Under the pieces are notes generated by a model. That model did not search any database. It worked only from the letters and a program-made list of their open reading frames with translations, and was not told where the DNA came from. A DNA stretch of 63,913 bases, the filler included, from Acidimicrobiia bacterium (GTDB taxonomy: Bacteria > Actinomycetota > Acidimicrobiia > Spongiisociales > JAENVV01), in assembly GCA_041577335.1 (NCBI GenBank). It is 3 parts of 3 records of this genome, joined end to end, with 100 filler letters (N's around TTAATTAATTAA, not from the genome) between each part and the next. Parts side by side here need not be neighbours in the genome. Positions count along the whole stretch, not along the records: positions 47,494 to 63,913 come from JBFGJH010000073.1; 2 more parts are not named here. One strand, 5' to 3'. Below are positions 50,323 through 60,277 of this stretch, piece after piece; position 1 is the stretch's first letter, and each line of letters opens with the position of its first letter. The position numbers were made by a program, and so were the translations under genes.

Positions 50323-51078
50323 ATGGAGCCGATCAGCTCGCCACAGAACCCCAAGGTCGTGGCCGCCGGTCGGCTTCATCGCGCCAGGCACCGTCAGAGT
50401 GAGGGTAAGACCCTTCTCGAAGGTCCCCATGTGGTGGCAGACGGCGTCGAGAATGGCGCACAGCTCGAACGCATCTTCGCCTTGGCCGGCGACGCCGCCG
50501 CCGCATCGGTTGCCGCATCCACCGACGTTCCCGTGCATCTGGTGACCGAGCCGGTGTTGCGCAAGCTGGCAGGGACCGAGCACCCGACAGGCCCCGTAGC
50601 CGTGGCGGTCGTCCCGGCTCCTGAGCCATTCCCCCAAGACTGGCCAGTGTTGGTGATGGTGGGGATTGCAGATCCCGGCAACGCGGGAACGCTGATCAGA
50701 AGCGCGGCTGCATTCGGCTTCGCCGTTTCCAGCGTCGGCGGCGCCGATCTTTGGTCCCCGAAGGCCGTGCGTTCGGCCGCTGGAGCGCATTACCGCACTC
50801 GAATCTGTGCGCAGCCGCCTGCCATCGCCGATATCGCCCAAACAACCGTGGCGACCGTTTCCGAGGGGGGACGGCCCACCGTCGGAGACAAGAGGCCCGT
50901 CGTCGTCTACGTCGGGTCCGAGGCACACGGTTTGCCAACCGAGATCGTTGCCGCTGCTGATCAACAGCTGACCATCCCGATGTCGGCGGGCATGGAGAGC
51001 CTCAATGCGGCGGTCGCCGGCTCCATTGCCATGTTCATGGTGGCCAATGCCGACGGAACCTCGTGGCCTCGCCACTAA
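50323..51078 (+). CDS. TrmH/SpoU-family RNA methyltransferase
   Basis: DPGNAGTLIRSA, GSEAHGL, IPM...ESLNAAVA. Confidence 0.92.
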   Translation: MEPISSPQNPKVVAAGRLHRARHRQSEGKTLLEGPHVVADGVENGAQLERIFALAGDAAAASVAASTDVPVHLVTEPVLRKLAGTEHPTGPVAVAVVPAPEPFPQDWPVLVMVGIADPGNAGTLIRSAAAFGFAVSSVGGADLWSPKAVRSAAGAHYRTRICAQPPAIADIAQTTVATVSEGGRPTVGDKRPVVVYVGSEAHGLPTEIVAAADQQLTIPMSAGMESLNAAVAGSIAMFMVANADGTSWPRH

Positions 51079-51091
51079 GGTGACGCCCTTC

Positions 51092-52126
51092 ATGGAGCAG
51101 CTCGATAACGTCCGAACGAACGCCCCCGCACGAGTCGAGGCGGCCGCAACTCTGGATGAACTCAAAGACGTCGAAGCGTCGTTGGTGGGCAAGAGGTCTG
51201 TCATCGCCGAGGTCCGGCGAGGCATGGGGACACTCGACCCGGAGCAGCGCCCGGTGGTGGGTGCCCTCGTTCACGAGGTGGCCGGAGAGCTGACCGCACT
51301 GATCAGTCACCGGCGGGCGGTACTCGAGCGAGAAGCCGAAGATCGGCTGCTGCGAGAAGACCGCGTGGATGTGACCATCGAGCGAACTGTCATCCGTTCG
51401 GGGATGCAGCACCTCATCACCTCCACCATGGACGAAGTCGTCGATATCTTCGCGGCCATCGGCTATCTGGTGGCCGATGGCCCGGAGGTCGAAACCGGCT
51501 ACTACAACTTCGATGCGCTCAACACGCCGATCGATCACCCCGCCAGGGCCGAGTCGGACACGCTCTATGTGGACTACGGCGATCCGGCGGACGAGATGCT
51601 GTTGCGCACCCAGACCTCGCCGATGCAGGCTCGCTACATGGAGAAGCACGACCCGCCTGTCTACGTCGTGGTACCCGGTCGGACGTTCCGGACAGATACC
51701 CTCGACGCAACCCACTCCCCGGTGTTTCACCAGGTCGAGGGGCTGGCCGTGGACCAAGGCATCACTTTCGCCGATCTCAAAGGCACCCTCGCCCATTTCG
51801 CCCGCCAGTTCTTCGGAGCGAACCAACGCATCAGGCTCATTCCCCACTTCTTCCCATTCACGGAGCCGTCGGCGGAGATGCACGTGTCGTGTTTCGTCTG
51901 CGATGGCAGCGGATGCCGCGTCTGCTCAGGCAGTGGGTGGATCGAGCTCATGGGGTGTGGGCTCGTCGATCCCAATGTGCTCCTCGCCGTTGGTTATGAC
52001 CCAGACACGCTCAGTGGCTTTGCGTTCGGGGTCGGCGTCGAACGCCTGGCAATGGTGCGCCACGGGATCACGCACATCCGCCACCTGTTCGACAACGACC
52101 TGCGGGTGCTGAGGCAGTTCTCATGA
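51092..52126 (+). CDS. pheS: Phenylalanine-tRNA ligase alpha subunit
   Basis: NFDALN..HPAR, LLRTQTS, THSPVFHQVEG, FPFTEPS, GFAFGVGVER. Confidence 0.97.
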   Translation: MEQLDNVRTNAPARVEAAATLDELKDVEASLVGKRSVIAEVRRGMGTLDPEQRPVVGALVHEVAGELTALISHRRAVLEREAEDRLLREDRVDVTIERTVIRSGMQHLITSTMDEVVDIFAAIGYLVADGPEVETGYYNFDALNTPIDHPARAESDTLYVDYGDPADEMLLRTQTSPMQARYMEKHDPPVYVVVPGRTFRTDTLDATHSPVFHQVEGLAVDQGITFADLKGTLAHFARQFFGANQRIRLIPHFFPFTEPSAEMHVSCFVCDGSGCRVCSGSGWIELMGCGLVDPNVLLAVGYDPDTLSGFAFGVGVERLAMVRHGITHIRHLFDNDLRVLRQFS

Positions 52127-52221
52127 TCGGGCGGGGTGGCCTTGTTGATGGTGTGGTGCAGGTCGACACCGACCTGTTTCAGGTCGGCAACGACCTGCGG
52201 GTGCTGAGGCAGTTCTCATGA
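52093..52221 (+). repeat. 34-bp direct repeat at the pheS/pheT junction enclosing 61 bp and forming mini-ORF 52123-52221
   Basis: CAACGACCTGCGGGTGCTGAGGCAGTTCTCATGA at 52093-52126 and 52188-52221. Confidence 0.92.
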
Positions 52222-54602
52222 AGGTGTCGCTGCGCTGGCTGAAGGAGTTCGTCGACGTCCCCACCGAGGACCCCGATGAGCTCGAAGGCGCTCTTGCCTC
52301 GATCGGACACGAGGTCGAGGGTTTCGAGGTGCTGGAGCCTGGCTTCCGCGGGGTCGTTGTGGGGAGGGTCGAATCGATCGATGCGCACCCCGACGCCGAT
52401 CGGATTCGGGTGTGCCAAGTAGACGTCGGCGATGAGCAACTCGAAATCATCTGCGGGGCATGGAATTTCGAGGCGGGTGACATCGTCCCGGTGGCGGTGC
52501 CAGGCGCGGTGCTCGGCAGCGACTTCACCATCACCCGCCGCAAGATCAGAGGCATCACTTCGAACGGGATGATCTGCTCGTCCCGGGAGCTCGGACTCGG
52601 CGACGACCACGAGGGCATCATGGTCCTCGATCCGTCTTTGCCTGTCGGCGACGACTTCTCCCGGTTTGTAGGCCTCCCGGATGTGGTCTTCGACGTCACC
52701 ATCACGCCCAACCGACCGGACGCCATGTCGATGTGGGGTCTGGCCCGGGACCTGGCTGCTCTGTGGCGAGTCGATCTGCGAGTTCCCGAGATCGGTGTCA
52801 CCGAGTCGGACACACCCATGGATGTCACGGTGGAGATCACCGATCCAGCTGCTTGCCGGCGTTTCGTGGGTCGCCAGGTGGACGGCATCGAGGTGAAGCA
52901 ATCTCCGCTGTGGATGCAGCTCAGACTCGAGCGCGCCGGCGTGCGATCCATCAGCAACGTTGTCGACGTATCCAACTACGTCATGCTCGAGCTGGGCCAA
53001 CCGACCCATATGTTCGATCGAGCGAAGATCGAGGGCGATGCTCTCGTCATTCGCTGGGCGCACGCGGGGGAGAAATTGGTCACACTCGACGGCGTCGATC
53101 GAGCGCTGACCGGAGCCGACCTGGTGGTTGCCGACGCCGTCAAGCCGTCGGCGCTTGCCGGGACGATGGGCGGCGAAGAGTCGGAGGTCTCCGACACCAC
53201 GACGGCGATCTTCATCGAAGGCGCCAGCTGGAACCCTCCGACCGTCCTTCATATGAGCCGTCGCCATACGTTGCGCAGCGAGGCCTCGGCCCGCTTCGAA
53301 CGCAATGTTGATCCCAACCTCGGACAGCTGGCAGTCGATCGGGTCGCGCAACTGGTCCTTGCCACCGCAGGGGGGACCGTTCGCAAGGGGCGCGCTGACG
53401 AATACCCCGTTGTCGCGACGCCGTGGACGGTGACGCTCAAGGTCGCCGATGTGAGCCGACTGCTGGGTGTCGACATTCCCAACGCCACGGTGCGAGAGCT
53501 GCTGAATGCGCTCGAGCTCGTGACCGTCGGCGATGACGAGCTGATCGTCACCATCCCGACCTTCCGGCCGGACCTCACCCGCTCGATCGATCTCATCGAA
53601 GAGGTTGCCCGTCTCTATGGATACGACGAGATCCCCGAGACGCTTCCCATGGGAACGGGGGGAGGTCTCTCGATCGAAGATCGGCGCCTCAGGAGCCTCC
53701 GCTCTGCCTTGCGGGGCGCCGGCTTTCATGAGGCCGTGACGCTCAGTTTTCACGGTCACGAGGAGCTCGAGATGCTGTCCTTGCGCGACGACGATATTCG
53801 GCGCAACGCCATCCGGGTGACCAATCCTCTCCGTGAAGAGGAGTCGCTGCTGCGAACGACGCTCCTCGTCGGGCTTCTCAAGACGTTGCGTTTCAACGTG
53901 AGCCACGGCATGAGCGACGTCGCGCTGTTCGAAATCGGGAGGGTGTTCTTCAACGATGACACTCCCGAGAGCGGCATCGTGCCGCATCAGCCCGTTCAGG
54001 TCGCCTTCGCAGCAGTTGGAGCGCTCGACCGCGACGGGATGGACGGCGGCGGGCGCCCGCTCGACATCTATACCGCCACTGCGGTGTGCCGCCACATCGC
54101 CGACCAACTCGGTCTGAGCCGGCTCGAGGTCCACCAAACGGAGATCAGCGGCCTCCACCCAGGCCGCTCGGCGGAGATCAGATATGACGGTGCGCCCGTG
54201 GGGTTCGTTGGCGAGCTGCACCCCGCCGCGGCGCGCGCTTTCGGCCTCTCTGGTCGAGTCGTCGTCGGTGAATTCGATGTGCAACAGCTCACCGCCGACC
54301 CGGGCCTGTGGCAGTTCGAGGAACCGAGCGTCTTTCCTCCCGTGGAGTTCGATTTGTCGTTCGATGTTCCAGGCGACCTGCCCGGTGCCCGGATGATTGC
54401 GGTGGCCCAGGAGGCCGCTGGCTCGCTGGCAGAGTCGACTCAGATCTTCGACGAGTTTCTCGCAGGAGAGGCGCGCAGCCTGGCGATCCGAATGCGGCTG
54501 AGGGCCCCCGACCGGACATTGACGTCCGAAGAAGTTGCGCCGGTTCGCCAATCCGTCATCGACGCCATCGAGCGAGAGGGCGCCACCCTCAAGGGAGGAT
54601 GA
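52218..54602 (+). CDS. pheT: Phenylalanine-tRNA ligase beta subunit
   Basis: MKVSLRWLKEFV, HPDADRI, GMICS..ELG, TPNRPD, RPDLTRSIDLIEEVAR, DRTLT. Confidence 0.97.
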   Translation: MKVSLRWLKEFVDVPTEDPDELEGALASIGHEVEGFEVLEPGFRGVVVGRVESIDAHPDADRIRVCQVDVGDEQLEIICGAWNFEAGDIVPVAVPGAVLGSDFTITRRKIRGITSNGMICSSRELGLGDDHEGIMVLDPSLPVGDDFSRFVGLPDVVFDVTITPNRPDAMSMWGLARDLAALWRVDLRVPEIGVTESDTPMDVTVEITDPAACRRFVGRQVDGIEVKQSPLWMQLRLERAGVRSISNVVDVSNYVMLELGQPTHMFDRAKIEGDALVIRWAHAGEKLVTLDGVDRALTGADLVVADAVKPSALAGTMGGEESEVSDTTTAIFIEGASWNPPTVLHMSRRHTLRSEASARFERNVDPNLGQLAVDRVAQLVLATAGGTVRKGRADEYPVVATPWTVTLKVADVSRLLGVDIPNATVRELLNALELVTVGDDELIVTIPTFRPDLTRSIDLIEEVARLYGYDEIPETLPMGTGGGLSIEDRRLRSLRSALRGAGFHEAVTLSFHGHEELEMLSLRDDDIRRNAIRVTNPLREEESLLRTTLLVGLLKTLRFNVSHGMSDVALFEIGRVFFNDDTPESGIVPHQPVQVAFAAVGALDRDGMDGGGRPLDIYTATAVCRHIADQLGLSRLEVHQTEISGLHPGRSAEIRYDGAPVGFVGELHPAAARAFGLSGRVVVGEFDVQQLTADPGLWQFEEPSVFPPVEFDLSFDVPGDLPGARMIAVAQEAAGSLAESTQIFDEFLAGEARSLAIRMRLRAPDRTLTSEEVAPVRQSVIDAIEREGATLKGG

Positions 54603-54603
54603 T

Positions 54604-55479
54604 ATGAAAGACTTCTTGACCATCGCCACAACCGAACCGTCCGAGTTGTCCGAGCTGGTCGAACTCACCCTGGCGGTGAAGGCACAGGCAGAGCGCTACG
54701 GCGGCGCCCTGACCGGCCGCAGCGTTGGCCTGTTCTTCATGAAGCCGTCGACACGAACCAGAGTCTCCTGCGAGGTCGGGGCCCATCAACTCGGAGCGCA
54801 AGCCGTGGTCCTCAAGAACGAAGAGGTGGGGCTGGGGGAGCGCGAGTCGGCCGCCGACGTCGCCCGGGTCCTGGAGCGGTACCTCGACGCAGTGGCTTTG
54901 CGAGTGTTCGAACACGCAGACCTGGTGACCATGTCCGAACACGCCGATATCCCAGTCGTCAACCTCTTGTCGGACCTCGAACATCCGTGCCAGGCTCTGG
55001 CGGACGTGGCCACGATCGCCGAGCACAAGCCGGTGTCGGATGCGGTGGTGGCGTACGTGGGTGACGGCAACAACGTGGCCCATTCGCTGGCAGCAGCGGT
55101 GACGGCGCTGGGCGGATCGATGCGAGTGGCGGCGCCCGAGGGCTACGAGCCCGCTTCGCAGTACTCGGTCGGAGTCACGGTCACGAACGATCCCGCGGAA
55201 GCCGTGGCAGGCGCCGACGTCGTCTACACCGATGTATGGACATCGATGGGTCAAGAGGAGCAGGCGGGAGCCCGCCTCACCGACTTCAACCGATTCACGG
55301 TCGACGAGGCCCTCTTTGGCCACGCCGCCGACGACGCCATCTTCCTCCATTGCCTCCCCGCCCATCGGGGCCAGGAAGTCACAGATGGGGTGATGGATCA
55401 CCCTCGCTCTCGGGTGTTCGATCAGGCCGAGAATCGGTTGCACGCGTTCAAGGCCGTGCTCTTGCATCTCCTTGCCTGA
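54604..55479 (+). CDS. argF: Ornithine carbamoyltransferase
   Basis: KPSTRTR, HPCQALAD, YTDVWTSMG, HCLP, QAENRLH. Confidence 0.95.
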   Translation: MKDFLTIATTEPSELSELVELTLAVKAQAERYGGALTGRSVGLFFMKPSTRTRVSCEVGAHQLGAQAVVLKNEEVGLGERESAADVARVLERYLDAVALRVFEHADLVTMSEHADIPVVNLLSDLEHPCQALADVATIAEHKPVSDAVVAYVGDGNNVAHSLAAAVTALGGSMRVAAPEGYEPASQYSVGVTVTNDPAEAVAGADVVYTDVWTSMGQEEQAGARLTDFNRFTVDEALFGHAADDAIFLHCLPAHRGQEVTDGVMDHPRSRVFDQAENRLHAFKAVLLHLLA

Positions 55480-56044
55480 GCTGACGCTTCTCGAACGGCT
55501 CGGCGCGGGCAACTCCCTCGAGCTTGCTCCCGTTCTACTCGGCTGCGTGCTCGTCTCCGAGGTCGACGAGGCAACCGTGCGCTTGCGGATCACCGAGGTG
55601 GAGGCGTACGGCGGAGCCGACGACCCGGCCAGCCACTCCTATCGTGGGCCGACTCCCCGCAACCAATCCATGTTCTTGGTCGGTGGCCACCTCTATGTGT
55701 ATCGCATTTACGGCATCCATTGGTGTGCCAACGTCGTCACCGGACCGGCCGGTTCGGGACAGGCGATACTGCTTCGCAGCGGGGTGGTGACGGCGGGAGC
55801 CGAGGTGGCGGTAGCGCGCCGGGGAAGAGCGGATCGGCTCGCAACAGGACCGGGCAACCTCGCGGAGGCCTTGGCCATTTCGGGGGCCCATGACGGCGTG
55901 TGGCTCGGGGCAGGCCAGATTCGGCTCGAGCCCGGCGCAGAGACACCGCAATATGTATCGACGCCTCGCGTCGGCGTCTCGAAAGCCACCGACCGACTGT
56001 GGCGTCTTGTCGAGACCAGGGCAGGCCGAAGCTCCTCGACCTAG
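55472..56044 (+). CDS. mpg: DNA-3-methyladenine glycosylase (MPG/AAG family)
   Basis: ITEVEAY..DPASHSY, YVYRIYGIHWCANVV, GPGNL, PRVGVS. Confidence 0.92.
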   Translation: MPELTLLERLGAGNSLELAPVLLGCVLVSEVDEATVRLRITEVEAYGGADDPASHSYRGPTPRNQSMFLVGGHLYVYRIYGIHWCANVVTGPAGSGQAILLRSGVVTAGAEVAVARRGRADRLATGPGNLAEALAISGAHDGVWLGAGQIRLEPGAETPQYVSTPRVGVSKATDRLWRLVETRAGRSSST

Positions 56045-56844
56045 TCGGCTTCGCCACCCAGTTCCGACGGCACCACCGTGGCCGATTCTGATGCGGTGCT
56101 CGACTCGAAGACCGTTTGGCCGGTCGGCACGAACAACACGGACAGCGTCTCGTGATTGTGGAAGAACGAGGACGTCCCGACCCGGGGGCCAACCGATTGG
56201 GTCACCGTGTGGGTGCCGGCCGAGACCTCCTCAGCGACGGTATACGTCAACTCGAACGATTGGCTGACGTCGTCAGGGCGGAACCAAGCCGACCAGCCAG
56301 GGCTTCCCACGACTACACCGTTCACCTTGGTCTGGAGGATGAAGTCGGTCGCCGTGGAATCCGGATCGACGAAAGCGGTGCCGCTGATGAGCAGCACGCC
56401 GGCTTCAGGCACCGTTATCGTGACCTCATTGACCTCGACGAGGCCCTTGTTGCTTTCCAGGACCGAGCCGGTGATCCCGTCCTCCTCGGCGCTCAGCTTG
56501 GGCGCGATCTCACCGGTGTCTTTACCCTCCAGGAGATCGGAATCGGCGGCATGGTCGGCTTCCACGGCAGTGGCCGCGTCGACGACGCCCAACGTGGCGA
56601 GGCGCTTCATGAAGGCCGACATCTGAGCGCGGGTCACCGGATCGGCGGGGCAGTACTGCCCGTTGCCGCAACCATCGGTGATCCCATTCTCGGCCATCCA
56701 GGCGATGTCGCCGGCAAAGGTGTGATCGTCGGGCACATCGCTGAACTCACCCAATGCCATGGCCGTGGCCGGCACAATCACCGCCACGGTCACGAGTGCG
56801 ACCGCCGCGAGCTTGAAGAACCGTTTCCCTGTCATCTCACGCAT
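56041..56844 (-). CDS. Secreted S-layer homology (SLH) domain protein
   Basis: Signal peptide; FSDVPDDHTF..I.WMAENGITDGC..YCPADPVTRAQM. Confidence 0.88.
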   Translation of the reverse strand: MREMTGKRFFKLAAVALVTVAVIVPATAMALGEFSDVPDDHTFAGDIAWMAENGITDGCGNGQYCPADPVTRAQMSAFMKRLATLGVVDAATAVEADHAADSDLLEGKDTGEIAPKLSAEEDGITGSVLESNKGLVEVNEVTITVPEAGVLLISGTAFVDPDSTATDFILQTKVNGVVVGSPGWSAWFRPDDVSQSFELTYTVAEEVSAGTHTVTQSVGPRVGTSSFFHNHETLSVLFVPTGQTVFESSTASESATVVPSELGGEAD

Positions 56845-56859
56845 CGTGCGCCCCTTTCC

Positions 56860-57723
56860 TCAAGCGTTTCTATTGGCAATCTTCGCAATGACCCACCACA
56901 GCGCCCCGCCGACGACGGCGATCGCTGCCACCGCCATCAGCCACAGGCCCCAGAAGGTCGCCGGGTTGAACAGATTGAGTCCCGAGTCTTCGATCTGGGC
57001 GATGGCTCCCGCAACGCCGGTGGCGGGGGCTGCCGCTTCCACTGAGGCGTCGCTCGAGGCGTCAGCCGGTCCGGGTGAGGTGGCGCTGGTGGTGGTGGTC
57101 GAGCCCGAGCTACGGGCATTCGCCCGGGGCAGACCGCCCGCCACGATCGTCGTGGAAACCGGGGGAGCCGCCTCACTGGGGGCAACCGCCGTTGTGACGG
57201 GCGGCGCCGGCGGGGGCGGAGGGGGCGGCGGCGCTGCGGTCGTCGACGTCGTCGTTGTGGGGGGAGGAGCTGTCGAGGTCACCGGCGTGGTGGTGGTCGT
57301 TGTTGTGCTGGTCGTTGTTGTGCTGGTCGTGGTAGTGGTGGTGGTCGTGGTTGCCGGCGCCACGACGCCGAAGAACGTCGACGCAGTCAGGGCGCACGAC
57401 CCGGGAGTCTCCGGATCGAGACCACACGCCGAGACCGTCCAATCGCCAGGGCTGGCATCGCCGGGGATCGTGACGGTGATCGAGAACGAGCCGTCGTCGC
57501 TCGCGCCCGCCGCGCCAAGGCTGCCGCATGAGGCGCTTGCTGAGCCCCAGCACACCAACACCTCCGATCCGCCGGTGAAACCAGCACCGGTGACGGTGGC
57601 AGAAGATCCAGCTACGCCGGTGCTCGGAGAGATCGTGAGGCTGGCGGCGAGTGCAGGAATCGCTACAAAGGCGGCAACGGCTGTCGCCACGAGGGTGAGC
57701 ACGAGCCCTACCCTGGCATTCAT
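56860..57723 (-). CDS. Surface protein: signal peptide, Ig-like domain, Thr/Pro-rich stalk, C-terminal TM
   Basis: LTISPSTG..G..VTGAGF, FSITVTIP; poly-T/P stalk; C-terminal hydrophobic helix. Confidence 0.75.
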   Translation of the reverse strand: MNARVGLVLTLVATAVAAFVAIPALAASLTISPSTGVAGSSATVTGAGFTGGSEVLVCWGSASASCGSLGAAGASDDGSFSITVTIPGDASPGDWTVSACGLDPETPGSCALTASTFFGVVAPATTTTTTTTTSTTTTSTTTTTTTPVTSTAPPPTTTTSTTAAPPPPPPPPAPPVTTAVAPSEAAPPVSTTIVAGGLPRANARSSGSTTTTSATSPGPADASSDASVEAAAPATGVAGAIAQIEDSGLNLFNPATFWGLWLMAVAAIAVVGGALWWVIAKIANRNA

Positions 57724-57811
57724 AGATCCTCCCGCAGCCATTACGGCGAGTGACCGGGCGGCCACTGGCTGGGTCGCAAGCATACAGGGGCGTGGTCCGA
57801 TCAGGTCAGGA

Positions 57812-60202
57812 TCAGGGGTTCACCCACAGTCTCACTGATTCCTGCGATGGGCTGCCGCCGGCCGGGTCCTGCTTCCACACGACGCCGGGTCTCCGCTGTG
57901 CGGACTCGAGGTCGGCCTCGGCCTGAATGATGATTTCGACCCCGATTCCATTGTCGGCGAGCCGCGCTTCCGCCTGATCCACGGGGAAGCCAAGCACCGT
58001 AGGAATGGTGGTGCCTGGCTCCGGGCCGGCCACCAGCAGCTCAACCGACGCGCCGGTTTGCGCAGGGGAGCCGGCGGGCGGAGTCTGGTTGAAGACCGTC
58101 CCCTGGGGGAGATCACCGCCATCTGCCCACGCAACGCTGATGAGGTAGCCGGCAGTCTGGAGGGTGGCAGTTGCCTCTCCGAGCGATCTACCGATGACGT
58201 CGGGAACCACTCCCGCTCCTGCCGCCACAACGCCGTCCGGATTGTGGACCGGGCACACGATCGACGGCGCATCCTCGATGGGCGTCTGGATCGAGATCAC
58301 ATGATCACGCGGGCAAAAGGGCCCGGCGAGATAGCCCGTGGACGAGTCGACCTCCACAACCACCAAGCCGTCGGCGTCCGGCGTCGGCATTGCACCGAAA
58401 CCGGTTCCGGCTAGAGCCTCGGCGGCAAAGGCCCGGAAAATCTGTGCCGGATAGGTTCCGCCGACCACATTGATGGCCGTGCGAGGCGGCTCCATCGACA
58501 CCTGACCCTCCGGATACCCCACCCACACCGCTGCGGCCAGCGATGGCGTATATCCGACGAACCATGCGTCTCGGTGCGCCTGGGAAGTGCCCGTCTTGCC
58601 GGCGAGAGGCCGTCCGATCTGAGCGTTCTGAGCAGTCCCGCGACGGACGACCTCGGTGAGGGCAGCCGTGACCTGGCGCGCCACGTTGGGCTCCACGGCC
58701 TGGGTGACCACCGGGACGGGTTGATAGAGATTCACGCCATCTTCGGTCTCGATGGACGTCACGAAAATGGGATCGATATGCGTGCCTTCGGCGGCGAACG
58801 TCGAGTAGGCCGACGCCATTTCGAGCACCGAGACTTCCTGCGCGCCAAGCGCAATCGCATGAAACGGCTCGAGCGGCGCTGTGATCCCGGCAGCAGAGGC
58901 AACTTCGACGACCTTCTCGGGGCCAACGGCATTGACCATCTGGGCGTAGACGACGTTCACGGAGAACACCGTGGCCTCGGCGATGCTCATCTGCGGGAAG
59001 TTGGAACCCTGATAGTTCTCCACTTCCCACGGGCCGGAGTTGGTGTTGATGGTGATGGAGGATCCGCCGTCGAACACGGAGTTCAACGACAGCCCGCTTT
59101 CGAGAGCCGCAGCAAGCACGAACGGTTTGAAAGCCGAGCCCGGTTGACGGCGACCTTGCGTTGCCAGGTTGAACTGGGCGAATGGCTCGTCCCCATAGAA
59201 GTCAGAACCACCGACCAGGCCACGCACGTAGCCTGTGCCCGGTTCGATCAGCACCGCCGCTGCGGAGGGGCCGTCTGCGGGGAGAACCTGGGTAACCGCC
59301 GCCTCAGCCGATTCCTGCGAGACCGGATCGAGCGTGGTGTAGATGCGCAGGCCGCCGCGAAACAGCATGTTGTAACGGTCGGTGGCTGTTGCCCCGAGCG
59401 CTGGATCGTCGAGCAGCATCTGCTTCACGTGTTCGGTGAAGTAGGGGTAGCGCGCCTGCTCGGGAGGTCGGGGCGGCGCCAGCGTCAATGCTTCGGCATC
59501 GGCAGAAGCCGCTACCTCGTCCGTGATCCAGCCGAGCTCCACCATCTTTCCGAGCACGATGTTCCGACGCGCGAGCGCGGCATCGGGAAATCGCGTTGGA
59601 TCGGTGCGGGACGGATTCTGGATGAGGCCTGCGACGAGCGCCGACTCGCTCAGGGTGAGGTCGGAGACGTGCTTGTCGAAGTAATGGGCGGCTGCCGCTC
59701 CAACGCCGTAGGCACCGTCACCCAGATAGACCGTGTTGAGATAACGCTCGAGGATCTCCTCCTTGGAGAGTGATTCTTCGAGCCTGATGGCCAGGGTTGC
59801 CTCCTCCACCTTGCGGTCGAGAGACACCTCTGGAGTCAAGATGACATTCTTGATGTACTGCTGGGTGATCGTTGATGCACCCTGGGACGCTTCTCCCGAC
59901 TCGATGTCGGCCGCCAGCGCCCTGGCGATGGCGCGCAGGTCAACGCCGGAATGCTGAAAGAAGCGCTCATCTTCGATGGCCACGACAGCATTGATGAGGT
60001 CGTCGGTGACTTCGTCGAGCTGCACCGCGACCCGGTCCTCTTCGGCGTGCCATTGGGCGAGCACCGAGCCGTCGGAGGCGTAGACGATCGAAGTCCGGCC
60101 GAGATCGCCGAGCCCTGGATCTTCTAGTGGTTTGACGTCGCCACCGCAGGCGGCAGCAACAAAGGCGATCACCAATAACAGTGAAGCCCAGCGACGAAAC
60201 AT
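57812..60202 (-). CDS. Class A penicillin-binding protein (PBP1A-like) with two PASTA domains
   Basis: EDERFFQHSG, GASTITQQ, SAFK, SVN, KTG; C-terminal VPDVIG/IPTVLG PASTA repeats. Confidence 0.95.
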   Translation of the reverse strand: MFRRWASLLLVIAFVAAACGGDVKPLEDPGLGDLGRTSIVYASDGSVLAQWHAEEDRVAVQLDEVTDDLINAVVAIEDERFFQHSGVDLRAIARALAADIESGEASQGASTITQQYIKNVILTPEVSLDRKVEEATLAIRLEESLSKEEILERYLNTVYLGDGAYGVGAAAAHYFDKHVSDLTLSESALVAGLIQNPSRTDPTRFPDAALARRNIVLGKMVELGWITDEVAASADAEALTLAPPRPPEQARYPYFTEHVKQMLLDDPALGATATDRYNMLFRGGLRIYTTLDPVSQESAEAAVTQVLPADGPSAAAVLIEPGTGYVRGLVGGSDFYGDEPFAQFNLATQGRRQPGSAFKPFVLAAALESGLSLNSVFDGGSSITINTNSGPWEVENYQGSNFPQMSIAEATVFSVNVVYAQMVNAVGPEKVVEVASAAGITAPLEPFHAIALGAQEVSVLEMASAYSTFAAEGTHIDPIFVTSIETEDGVNLYQPVPVVTQAVEPNVARQVTAALTEVVRRGTAQNAQIGRPLAGKTGTSQAHRDAWFVGYTPSLAAAVWVGYPEGQVSMEPPRTAINVVGGTYPAQIFRAFAAEALAGTGFGAMPTPDADGLVVVEVDSSTGYLAGPFCPRDHVISIQTPIEDAPSIVCPVHNPDGVVAAGAGVVPDVIGRSLGEATATLQTAGYLISVAWADGGDLPQGTVFNQTPPAGSPAQTGASVELLVAGPEPGTTIPTVLGFPVDQAEARLADNGIGVEIIIQAEADLESAQRRPGVVWKQDPAGGSPSQESVRLWVNP

Positions 60203-60277
60203 GCCTTACTCCTGGCGGGAAGAGTACCGAGGGGAGTCCTTGAAGAAGGGTATTTCGCGGCTACCCTGCGGCGCCGA

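Noticed and set aside
52179..54668. Long antisense ORFs (829 aa here; also 28539-30326 and 12855-14504)
   Set aside because: Shadow frames of pheT, nrdJ and the ABC ATPase, expected in high-GC DNA; no recognisable motifs
57180..57360. Trinucleotide-like GTG/GTC repeats (also 12170-12250, 36355-36440, 42050-42150)
   Set aside because: They encode Thr/Pro/Ala-rich protein linkers
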